A stretch of 64,000 bases of DNA. Origin: Antedon mediterranea (Eukaryota > Animalia > Echinodermata). The translations under genes and the position numbers were made by a program. The stretch covers positions 29,748,388 to 29,812,387 of the forward strand of contig NC_092670.1 in assembly GCF_964355755.1 (NCBI RefSeq). The letters run 5' to 3'. The notes beneath the pieces are model-generated. The model was not told the DNA's origin. It made no database searches and saw nothing but the letters and a program-made list of their open reading frames with translations. This document shows positions 1 to 11,500 of the stretch, piece after piece (the first letter of the stretch is position 1; each line of letters begins with the position of its first letter).

Positions 1-296
1 ACCCTAAAACAGTGGGATGGAATGAATGAGCGGGGAGTGGTTTGGTCGAATATCTTTCAGATGAACTTTTACTTATGTGCCTTTCGAGTTGTTCGTTTCA
101 ACCAATTCATTCAGCTTCTAGACATACACATCATCTGATCTTATCTAATCTTGCGGAATAGAAACGTAGTCTACTGGTATATTCGGAAACAGAATCAAGA
201 CTGTCTGCAAGAAACTAAGAACCAACACATTTTATTTTGTGTTTTGTTATGGTGATATTGAAGAATGTTTATATAGACTATTAATTTTGTTTATAG

Positions 297-3200
297 CTAT
301 GTGATGGGAACAAAGATTGCGGGTACAGTGGTGAAGACGAGCATGACTGCGAATCTTGTGACTCTGACCAGTACCGATGTAAAGGATACTCAAAATGCAT
401 TCCGAACTCGTTTGTATGCGATGGATTAGTAGAAGATTGTCCTAATGGAGACGACGAGTCTGAATGTGGATGTACACAAGATCAATTTGAATGCAGTGAT
501 GGCACATGTATAGCACAGTCACTCGTTTGTGACGGAACGGTTCACTGCTCGGATGACGAGACAACACAATGCGAATGCGAGGAATTGGAATTCGATTGCA
601 ACTCTCCCGTCCGTATTTGCCTTACACCTCTCCAGGTGTGTGATGGTACTCCACAGTGTCCAAATGGAGACGATGAAGAGGGTTGCCCTTTCACATGTGG
701 TCCTCCGAATAATTTCCTTTGCCCAGACGGAACATGTCTACTCGCTTCTGTCCAGTGTAATGGTCTCTTTGATTGTGGGACTTCTAGGGCTGATGAAGTT
801 GGATGTAAATGTACTGAAGATCAATTTAAGGTAAAATGGTATTTTTAGAATTAGCTGCTATAAAAACAACCTTAAATGTCAAACCTGGTTACAAGATACT
901 GTATTTGTTTTCGTTGAAAAACAAATAAATATCAGTTGTCAGCAAATCCGATTAAAAGATACATTTATATAGGCCTATATACTGATGAAGGGCTAGTGTT
1001 GCCCGAAAGCTCTGCTAACTTTTCTGGCTGTTTACTTTATTGTTTTGATTTAGTTTTTCGCTTTTTTTTTGTATCTCCATTGAGATCCAGCCACTGATAC
1101 CCACAGCATTGTCATTTTTTTCAGTAAATTGCCTTTGGATTTATATATATATAAACACATCGGGCTAACATTAATTCTAAACCGCCCGGTGATATACTGA
1201 AATTTAATTAATTTGAAACGATATATTATTATATATATATATAAACACAACAGGCAAAGAACATTAATTCTAAACCGCCCGGTTTGAAACGATAAAGATG
1301 AGGAAATCTGTGAGAATGCCCCAACCGAGACTCGAACTCGGACCGCCTGCTTGATATGCAGATGTCCTAACCATTAGACCACTGGGGCTTTCATGGTATT
1401 GTTCGAACTCGATTGGATAACGTGGTACGGCGGAACAGCACTAGTCCTCAGTTGTACGCACGCGCAACAGAGATCAAATTGATACGCCCTCATCTTTCAG
1501 TATTTTTATTCACGAGGAGGGATCTCCGAAGAGATACTTTTATATAATTATATAAACACAACAGGGAAAGAACATTAATTCTAAACCGTCCGGTGATATA
1601 CTGAAATTTAATTAATTAATTTGAAACGATAAAGATGAGGAAATCTGTGAGAATGAGAAAAAGGAGACTCGAACTCGGACCGATATATATATATATAAAC
1701 GGACTAAAGGCAACAATATATTAAAACCCACAATGTTAGTTACTTTGCCAACACGTTTCATTATTGTTTTCAGTGCGTCTCTGGAGAATGTCTGTCAAAT
1801 CAGTTTGTGTGCAACAAGCACAAAGATTGTACTGACGGCAGTGATGAGTTTGTAGATGTCTGCACCCCAGGTAATTTTTAATAGTTTACATTCAGATTTG
1901 AGTTATTAAGTTAATAATAATGGGTTTCTTGGCAGATATACACAAAAAACATTAAATCTATTTTAAAAAAAACAACATACAAGAAAAATGTCGATTCTAT
2001 GCTTTTTCTAGTAATTAACTCGTTAACCTATTTACATTCTTGTAGCATTTTCTATTAAAAATATTTTTCCCGTGAAAAAATAATTTTTTGAAATGTTTTG
2101 TTGAATATGGCTTTGTAATGTCGCATAATAGATTTTCATTTTGACCAAAAATTCATTCTAGAAAATTTTAAGTTAAAGTGAAAAATTCAAATAATGAGTT
2201 ATTGGTTAAATTTAACCGTTTTTGTTGTTTATTCAAAGTCTGATTTTATTAACCTTTATTTTTCATGGTTTTTGGAAGAAAATACATCTTGAATTCTTAT
2301 TAAATAATATTCAATTTAATAATCTAGAGCCAATTGTTGGAGAATGTCCAAATGTGCCAGCTGGTACAATAGGTCTTTGTGTACATGGATGTGGTACCGA
2401 TGATGACTGCCAAAATGAGAAAAGATGCTGCTTCAATGGTTGTGGAAAAGAGTGTGTTCATCCAATTTTCCCACCGGAACCTTTTGGTAAGTTTAAGCGC
2501 TTGGCCATAAAATAGGAAAGGATATTTTCGTGAAACAAAACCAGGAATGTAATGTAATATTATGGGTTTGGAACATGGGTCATTATTATACCAACTAATA
2601 ATACTATACTATACTATACTACTAAGACTATAATATTCTTCTCGATACGGTCTAACATCGCTAAATCATATTTAAATGTCAGTCGTGATTTGTTTATGAA
2701 ATGCGATTTATACAAAATTTAACTTCAGTTAAAGATGGTGAATGCCCTGTGCTGAGCGCACCTTATGGCGCACAAAGGTGTACAGATTTGTGTCTCGAAG
2801 ATTCAGATTGTCCAAATAAAGAAAAATGCTGCAGTAACGGATGTGGTAAAGTGTGCGCAGAACCATTCAATCAACCAACCAATGAGGTTGAAGAAATCAA
2901 CACCGACGAAATAGAAAAAGAGTTAGAACAAGTCAAAGATCAACTTTCTTCACTGGATACCCGTTTTGATTGGTTGGAAAGAACAGGTAAGTTCCCTTAG
3001 TAATTGATTTTAAATATTTAAAAAAAAATGAATCAAACCTTGAGGCACCGTGTAAAATGCCGTGATTAGCTCCGGATTCAAACAGGACATCCAATTTCTA
3101 TTGTTATATTATAAACCTGAATAACTGATTACTGTGTAGTCATTTTTATTTATTTTTATTTTAACTTTCACCACCAATAAACAAGTCCTGGAGACGTGAC

Positions 3201-3749
3201 AAAAATAAAATTTTTCTGGTATATACCTATACACTAAAGTTTGCTTCCACATCATATTTACCGGATTGAATTACTACTGAATATAAAATGCGATTGGTAA
3301 TCTAGTCTTAATTTTAATTAAAACGTTACTTTATTTTAGTCTCGGACGTTCTAGTTGAGCTCGGAATACTGCAAACTGAGATTACAGACCTTAAAAACCA
3401 TGAGCATTATGGAGCACCAGCTGCGCCGTACCATGCACCATACTATCCACCACCTGCTCCATATCACCCACCACCTGTTCGTTACCAAGCAACTACAACT
3501 AAAGTACCTGAAACGCCCGAGCCCCCACAGAACGTTGTAAACGGTTACCCGACTAACACTGGTTCACGACCTGGTTATCAGTCATCACCTGAACATAACA
3601 GACCAAACGTTAATGTTGGGCGACCTGTTAATACATATTCTAAAAGACCACACAGAAAAAGGATTGAGAAGAAAAAACAAGAAAAGGATGAGGAATTTAA
3701 AAGAACGATATCGAGATGGGGACAGCTATTAAGATCGAACGATAACTAA
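297..3749 (+). CDS. 3' portion of an LDL-receptor class A repeat / WAP-domain protein, probably secreted (5' exons lie upstream of the window)
   Basis: Exons 297-830, 1774-1870, 2328-2486, 2729-2986 and 3340-3749 have AG/GT boundaries with compatible phases (0,0,1,1,1). The translation gives six LDLa repeats (e.g. CDSDQYRCKGYSKCIPNSFVCDGLVEDCPNGDDESEC) and two WAP four-disulfide cores (CPNVPAGTIGLCVHGCGTDDDCQNEKRCCFNGCGKEC; CPVLSAPYGAQRCTDLCLEDSDCPNKEKCCSNGCGKVC). These are followed by a heptad segment, a P/Y/H-rich stretch and stop TAA at 3747-3749. Confidence 0.9.
982..1012 (+). ncRNA. Minimal hammerhead-ribozyme-like motif of Penelope-like element type
   Basis: CTGATGA-A-GGGC(TAGTGTT)GCCC-GAAA-GCTC: conserved core boxes, 4-bp stem II and a short palindromic AGCT in place of stem III. 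It is followed by a T-rich tract ending in (TA)n. Stem I is weak. Confidence 0.6.
1143..1697 (-). mobile_element. tRNA-containing repeat element with staggered partial copies separated by (TA)n
   Basis: The segment 'acattaattctaaaccgcccggt...gaaacgata' recurs at ~1168, ~1261 and ~1572, each preceded by TA-rich runs. 'gataaagatgaggaaatctgtgagaatg...gagactcgaactcggacc' recurs at ~1291 and ~1628. Confidence 0.6.
1317..1388 (-). tRNA. tRNA-like sequence (Asp-like, anticodon ATC), probably a repeat-borne pseudo-tRNA
   Basis: The reverse complement GCCCCAG TG GTCT AATGGTTA GGAC A TCTGC ATATCAA GCAGG CGGT CCGAG TTCGAGT CTCGG TTGGGGC A folds as a full 72-nt cloverleaf with A and B boxes. The anticodon loop is atypical (A32, ATC) and the sequence sits inside a repeat. 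Confidence 0.6.
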
Positions 3750-3844
3750 AACATTAATTAAATCTAAGCGATAACTCTAAATTCATGCAAAACTTATTGC
3801 ATATTGTATCAAGAATGGTATTAGTATGGTCTTTGTAATACCTC

Positions 3845-3850
3845 AATAAA
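3845..3850 (+). promoter_or_regulatory. Candidate polyadenylation signal of the LDLa/WAP gene
   Basis: AATAAA ~95 nt downstream of the stop codon. Confidence 0.5.
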
Positions 3851-4270
3851 ATAACAAATTCTTTCTTAGGAATTGTGAATTGTATTATATATTTATAGTG
3901 TTTATATTATGTTACCTGTACATCGAACTTCACCAGATCATTCGTCGAAAACTAGCAATGACTACCCGTGTGTTAAATGTCCATGTCCTTCATACTTTAT
4001 TTTCTTACCGGATAAACCTAATGCGAAATGTAGCAATCCCAGTATTTTTTTACAGCATGCAACACTGTGTAAGCAGGCAATACAGTACAGTACTCGTCCA
4101 TGTCTCAAAAGGAATGTTTGTGGTGATTCTCCCACCATGTTCGTGGAGAGGGATGTTAGAAAGTTTCCTCTTCGTACACCACTGTTGGTTTGTGTATTTA
4201 AAATGGAAACTGAAACATTATATCTAAGAAGTTTTCCAAATGTTTTGCTTTCAAAAAAGTACAAATAGGA

Positions 4271-5061
4271 ACTAGAATTTAATTCGTCACTTTAACGAAT
4301 TATAGGTGATCATTTTTATCATTTTAATGAAATTAAAATTTTTTAAACATGCATCTACGTTAACATGCGATCGTACAAAGTTGATGTATGCATATATGCT
4401 TATAGTGCTGAGTTGTAACTATTATGTGTCCTATATAATATGTACAGTATACTGTATATCCATATACCGTGTAGCATAGGTGAAATTACAGGACCCACAT
4501 CATGTTCTAATTTTTTGGTATGATTTTTTCAAAATAAACTTGAAGATCACAATTTCGAAAGACAATGAAATTGAGCAAAAAATGATTTTGAAGAAAAATT
4601 AGGTACGTAGAAGCGCACTGCGCGCTCTTTGAAATTTGTATAATTGGGGGTCAGTGTGCATTCTGAATTATTTTCAATTTAAAAATTCCATATTTTTCAC
4701 CATTTTCAGCACTTTTATGCAATTAATGTGCGCATTTTTAACCTGCTTGATATCGTTATTTTAAATCGGAACGGAGTAAAATTTGGTGAATGTACTAAGG
4801 TTGGTGAGTAGAATGCGATTTGTACAAAAAATTCGTATTTTTTACGCTTTTTAAGAACCGCGCGCGCAAAAGTGTTTTTGCGCAGTAATTTTTTGAAACA
4901 CGCAAATGGCCCAATTCATGCTCTAAATTGATCAAAACTAAATTTTATTTGCTAATATTTTTACCCTTGACCTGAAGTTTACGTATAGTGAATTTTATTG
5001 ATTTGTGACAAAGAGTTATGGAAATATGATTGATGTGATTTCACAAAATGGCGTATAAATT
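4271..5061 (-). mobile_element. Truncated, internally deleted Helentron-type non-autonomous element (family B)
   Basis: The 3' end ACTAG-AATTT-AATTCGTCACTTTAACGAATT-ATAGGTGATCATTT and the internal sequence are the reverse complement of parts of the element at 12976-14494. Confidence 0.8.
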
Positions 5062-5234
5062 GGTCAGAACAATCTCTCATTTCAATCTGAATCCGATTCA
5101 GCTTTTGCTGACCGATTGATTTATCCAAGTTAAGACGGCTAACAAAGAAGTGAATGAACATTTTGATCAGCTTAACCGACTGACCGTACATATACAAAAT
5201 GAAATGCATAGAAAAAATCATTTTGTTACTGCAT

Positions 5235-5240
5235 TTTATT
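5235..5240 (-). promoter_or_regulatory. Candidate polyadenylation signal of CLP1
   Basis: TTTATT (AATAAA on the - strand) ~315 nt beyond the CLP1 stop. Confidence 0.35.
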
Positions 5241-5554
5241 TTAAAAATCCCTTAAAATTCATCAACATCTCTGCATTTCATTTATATCATAAGCGACATT
5301 ACAAGTCTTGATGCCATTCTGAAACATAAATTATATCCAATACATGTAGGCCTAAATGACGCAGCAATATTGGTTTATCTACCCGTACTGAATTATTGTA
5401 AGTGAACACAGATGACGATACAATCAGCCAAAAATGCAGCTTTATCTCTTGGGGTCTCTTTTCAGTTACTCCATGTAACAGCAGAAGAGAAAATCTGTAC
5501 AATTACAGCCTGTGCTCAAACTTTTACCAAAATCAAGTTAACAAGTAAATGATT

Positions 5555-8500
5555 TCACTTTATGTCCATAAAACGGACATCACTTAGCAATAAGTAACGC
5601 TGAGGTAAAGGTCTTGGTGCCGGAGACAGTACTGTAAATGTACCTCTTTCAATATCAACATTTGTTCTACAAAAAAAAATGTAAACATTCCTATAACCAA
5701 TAAATGACTGGTAAAGTCATAATTTCTGTTGCTGGAACTATATTTCAGTAATATTCAATTTATTTTCATAAGACCCATCATTGTGAAATAATATTACAGT
5801 GTTTTTTTTTTTTTTTTAATTAGGATGCACTTATGCTGGAGAAACATAAATAAGCCCAGATGGCTTTAAGGCTAGTTCCACCAGAAAAAAAATAATTCAA
5901 AAAGTATATATAATAAATGTTTCAAAAGTAGTCAATAAATAAATAAATGAAAATAAAATATGAATAAATAAATAAGAATAAAGAAAAAATAATAAAAAAT
6001 TTAAGCTACATACACAAGCACAAGAAGACACAGGAAAAAAACATGTGACGAACGAGGACAGAAGGGACGAAGACGCTGGACAAGAGTTAAAAAACTGGGT
6101 TAGAGGATAACGACTGAATTCTTAGGGGAGATCGATTGAATACTTTGATACCAACGATGATTTGTAGCAAAACTTGAAAGATTCGAAAGAGCGGTTAGTT
6201 AGGGAGGTGTGAAAAGAATTCCATAAAATAGGGCCAGTGGATTTAATTGAGTTTCTTGCTGTTAGTACGGGTTATTATGTCTTCCAGCTCGATATTTGTG
6301 CCAAAATAGATTTTTTTAGCTAACTTTGTTATTCTTGAGATGCTGAATCCAAAAAAGTTAGGTGCCATTTTTTTCGACCACTCCTTCAGCCGACATTTTG
6401 TATTTCAAAATGGCCGACGTTCCACACTAAACTTGGTCATCCATGGTATCATTGGAAAGGGAATGTAATACCAATTATTTTATTCCATTACACCCATATC
6501 AATAAACGCATTGTTACATAGTTATTGCGAAATAAAACAAATCATGTGACCAATAAAGGTCAAAAGGTCAAAATGAAATTTCACCAAAATACTGTACTGT
6601 TTGGTATCGGATAGAATTTTTTATTCTGAATATAGTTTTACTAATATCTATTCTATTTTACTTTGTTTATCGTCATAATTTTCCAATTATGTAAATAAAT
6701 TGTTTTTAAATGTTCCTTGTGTTTTATCATGCTAATTACTTTCTTATTTACATACAACCTGTCCTATTGGTATATAAGTAGTTTAGGCGTTGTTTTCTGT
6801 TCTTCTTCTGATGAGAATAGTTTCTCGAAACATGCCACTTTTTAAGGCAGTTTGCCTATTCATTAAATCGCTATACTCATTTTAACAAAAAAAAAGTAGT
6901 CTCCTTCATTTTAAAATAAATACGGTTTTTCTTATTGGTTTTACAATTTATTCAAATGTTTGTTTGATTTTCATTCTACTTTGTTATTGTTCATTTATAT
7001 GTTTTATAGTATGTTATATATTATCTTAATACTAAATAAGTACCGTACGGTACTGGATTACACTTAACTTCAATGTCAAGTTTCCGAGTTATTTAATTTA
7101 AAATCAAAATAACTATAGTCCGTGAACAAAGGTGAAATAAACTGTTGTCAAATCACATCTTTGTTTTGTTTCGTTGGATAGCTTTTTAAATTCTGAATCT
7201 ATTTTATTTTTAGTAGTTTACATTTCTGTTTTTCGTAAAAAGAAAAAATTCTACGGGTCATGGTATCATTTGCGTAGCGTTCAAAATCATTTGTATTTTT
7301 GTCAAAGCGGGTACCACACAATATAAAGCCATCTGTGCACAATGCCAATGTTAATTGGCACGCCTTTCTCTTTGAACGTCAGATGAAGTGCAGCAAACAG
7401 AATGTTTGCATTTGATATTATTATACAGTGAAAAAATCTTAAGAATTTAAAACAAAAATTAAGATCAATTAGTTTTCCTCAAATAAAGTTTACATGAAAT
7501 AAAGAAAAGTCAGTTTCCTACTGCTGCCTTTACAAACTACCAATCGATATTGTAAAGAAACAAATTACGGTGTTTTTAACATCTAAAGGTTCCCTTTGAT
7601 TTTTACGTATGGTTTGTGATTATCGCAATATAAATCCTAACTATACGTTGTTATTATTAAAAGTCATATAGAATAATTAATCAAACTATACTTGTTTGTG
7701 GTAACTTAACTTTAAGAACTTATCGGAAAGAAGGGAAACAAAATCCGCTTTCCAGCAATAATATTCAAATTAGTTTGAGAAAAACGAAATCTTTTAACTA
7801 TAGACACTTTATAAATATGTACTGTATGTAACGATTTCAGTTATTGAATTCCCTTTTATAAATTTGTATTTTAATTTTGTTACTTTTACTGCATTTCTCA
7901 GTTATATTTATCAAAAATGCAAAATGCAGTGAGTTTTTTTTTAAAGAGTGAAGTGCGACCACACACCGGTAGGAGATGGAATCGGCCTTTCAGTCATCGG
8001 TGCGTTTTCAATTATTATTATTATTTTATTGTTCTTGGGCATGATCCTATTGTATCCGTTTGTTGTTACTATTTGTATTCTTATGAGTATGAGCATATGC
8101 CACCGATTTAATTTATATTCAATAAAATTATGTTATCATCTGACTACTTATACATAGTGTAGATGAGCTGTTTTCTATCCTGCCTTTATGGTCACACAAA
8201 TATCCAATATATATAATATAAGAATGTGTACATAAATTAATTTAAATAAGCAACAACTTTTTTATCGATTTACTTTATATATATAGGCCTAGGCTTACAA
8301 CATTCAACCATGTTATTGGCAGAAAACCATGTTTGAAAAAAACAACATAGATGCCACTGCACTGGATATAGTTATAAATAAAAAAAAATTAACTAGCAGA
8401 ATTAAGACAAATCTAAATTACTTTCCAAAGTTACGTTTCTGTTTCTGCTGTAGTAGTTGTATGAACTTGGTCAAATAAAAGGTACTAAAATCAATTACTT

Positions 8501-11500
8501 TACCTCCAAATCATGTTTGCGTCGCAACTAATTTACCTGCAAAGCAATGGTTGTTTGATCTTGTTTTTTACTTGCAATGCAAACACCGGGCATATCGAGG
8601 ATCTTGATAGTTAAACTTAACTTATACTACAGTAGTTTCACACACTGAAATTGTTATTATAACCAGATAAATGTTACCAACATTTGAATGAATTTTAAAA
8701 CCAATAGGAAAAACCGTTGTTATCTTAATACGAAGGAGACCTTTTTTATTGTACATTTAAAAATTTATTTACATAATTGGAAAATTATGACAATAAATAA
8801 AGGAAAATTAAATAGATATTAGTAAAACTGTATTCAGAATAAAAAAAGCTATCCTACGATACCAAACAGTAAAGTATTTGAGAAAATTAAAATGTTGACC
8901 TTTTTGGTCACGTGACTTGTTTTATTGTTAAATAACTATGTAACTATGCATTTTTTGATATGGATGTAATGGGATAAAATGATCAGTATAATATTCCCTT
9001 TCCGATGATACCATGGATGACAATGTTCAGTGTGGAATGTCGGCCATTTTGAAATACAAAATGGCGGCTGAAGGAGTGGTCGAAAAAAATGGCACCTAAC
9101 TTTTTTGAATTCAGCAACTCAAGAATAACAAAGTTAGCCAATAAAATGTATTTTGGCACTAATATCGAGCTGGAGCTAGTTTTCCTTACTTATGTGACTG
9201 TACTATGTGGAATGGTTATTGATTGGGATATATTTATTAGAGTTGCAGGTGTTATAATTGTGAACTTCGTTGTTTTTTGTAAAAAATCGGTTAAATGTGA
9301 TAGGAAGTCTCTGATTACTAAATTTGTGCATGAACAAAGCAGTCTGTAATTTATTTATGTCGAAGATGTTAAGAGTTTTTACTTTGTAGAAAAGGGGTTT
9401 GGAATGAGTGAGGTGTTGGGAATGGGTACAGATGTGGATCGCCTTTTTTTGTAGTTTAAAAAGTTTGTCAAGTCTTGTTTTTTCTGTGCTAGTCCATGGA
9501 TAAAGTGTTTGGTGTTTAGGATGTGTGACAGCCCAAGCAATTTTGCAATTATTAAGATGTGGCAGGATAAGGGTATTATAAAGGGAAAGTAAATGTTTTG
9601 TGGGAAAGTGAATTTGAGTTTGTTTATTCTACCTATAGATCGAGAGATTGTGTTGGAAATTGTATTAATGTGACGCTTCCAGTTCAGTTTGTTGTCAATT
9701 GTCACTCCAAGGAATTGAGTATGATCAACTTGTTTGATTAAAACATCGTCTATGAATATTTCGATGGGGTTTTCTTTAGATTTTTTACTATTTGAGAAGT
9801 GAATAAAGTTAGTTTTATAAAGTTTAATGAGAGTTTGTTAGTTTTGAACCAGTTTGAGACGTGGTGAATTTCGGAATTAAAAGTTGAAATTAATTGGTTA
9901 AGGTCGGGATGAGAGAGGAAAATATTGGAATCGTCGGCAAAAAGAACATAAGAAAAAGAACTTGAGGCTTGTTGGATATCATTGATGTAAATGAGGAAAA
10001 GGAGAGGTCCGACTATAGATCCTTGGGGGACGCCACAAGTCATAGGAAGGCAGCACAAGGAGTGAGAATTAAAGGATGTGATTTGGGTTCGGTTTTGGAG
10101 GTAGTCAGAGAGTAGAGAGTAGAGAGTAGGGAGTCCCACGAAAACCATAGTGATAAAGTTTAGATAGTAAGATGGAATGATCAATTGTGTCGAAGGCTTT
10201 AGAAAGGTCAAGGAATAAGCCGATTGTGTGATGATGTTCAGAGAGGGCAGAGGAGATTTTGTTAAAGATATCGAGAACGGCAAGATCAGTGGAGTAGTTT
10301 GGTCTGAAGCCATATTGGTTGTCTTGAAGAATATTGTGATAAGAAAACAAGTTAAAAAGTCTATTATATATAAGACGTTTGATTATTTTTGAAAAACACG
10401 ATAGTAGAGAGATGGGATGATAGTTTGCAAAAGAGTGAGGGTTTCCTTTTTTATAAATTGGGATAATTTTAAAAGTTTTTAAGGCTGTAGGGAATTTTCC
10501 GGTAGACAAGCACAGATTGAAGATGTTTGTTAACGGTTCCGAAATTAGAGGTACAATGTCTTTAACTACTTTTGGAGAAATATCGTCAAGGCCCGAACTT
10601 TTACCGTTTTTGAATTTTGAGGTTATGTCAATAATTTCTTTTTTAGAAGTAGGAGCGAAAAAAATTGAGTTTTTATTAGGGTCTTTTAGAAAATCAGAAT
10701 GGCTCCTGGAAGATGATTGAATGTTTGAGGCATACGTAGGACCTATTTCTGCAAAGTATCGGTTAAAATTGGTAGCAATATCTACGGGGTCGGTGATTTT
10801 TTAGTCATTGTTATTAAAGAACTTAGGTATAATTTTAGTTGTGTTTTTGCCAAGTGCGTTGTTGATTGTTTGCCATGTTTTTTTAATGTTGTCTTTGTAG
10901 CTGTTAAATTTGTTTGAGAAGTGTTGTTTACGTGATATTTTTTGTTAGTTTATTTCTATAGTCTATGTACTTTGTTTTGTTCTTTGAGATTGGTAATTTT
11001 AAATATTTTTTGTACAATTTGTATATATGAAAATATTGTAAACATTTAGATTGCAACCTCTAGTGTTTGTTTGTTTTCATAGAAACTATATGTTAATTGT
11101 AGTGGCCTCTATGTCTTTCCCACAAAAGACGGAACAAGAATAACTCTGGCAGTAAAAGTGTAAAACTTTATCTTTTTAAATAAATATTTTAAATTGAAAT
11201 TGAATTTCAATTTGACTTACATGCATATGAATCCTACTACATTGGCAGTGACCAAGTCATCTTCACGAGATTTTGCTGAGCTTAAACTAAGAATGTGATG
11301 TACTAAATTTTTATCTGTAAAGAAAAAAACAAAATTCAGCACCATCTTATTGTTCAAGATATCCTTTACTCAAGGCATCAGTGAATCAATGTCGACGGCT
11401 AGGACATTAAAAAAGGCGTTGTTCTGACTTCGTTGAATAGAACAGTTAATAGACGTTACACACTACAGGTTGGTTTTGAAATGCGCAAGTCACCATCCTG

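Noticed and set aside
529-834. 101-aa ORF MTERFTARM...
   Set aside because: Alternative frame of the LDLa exon
3880-4268. Three overlapping 100-119 aa ORFs downstream of the LDLa/WAP gene
   Set aside because: No recognisable domain, non-ATG starts and no consistent splice partners
5299-5502. 67-aa minus-strand ORF after CLP1
   Set aside because: Lies in the presumptive CLP1 3' UTR; the true last exon is 5666-5555
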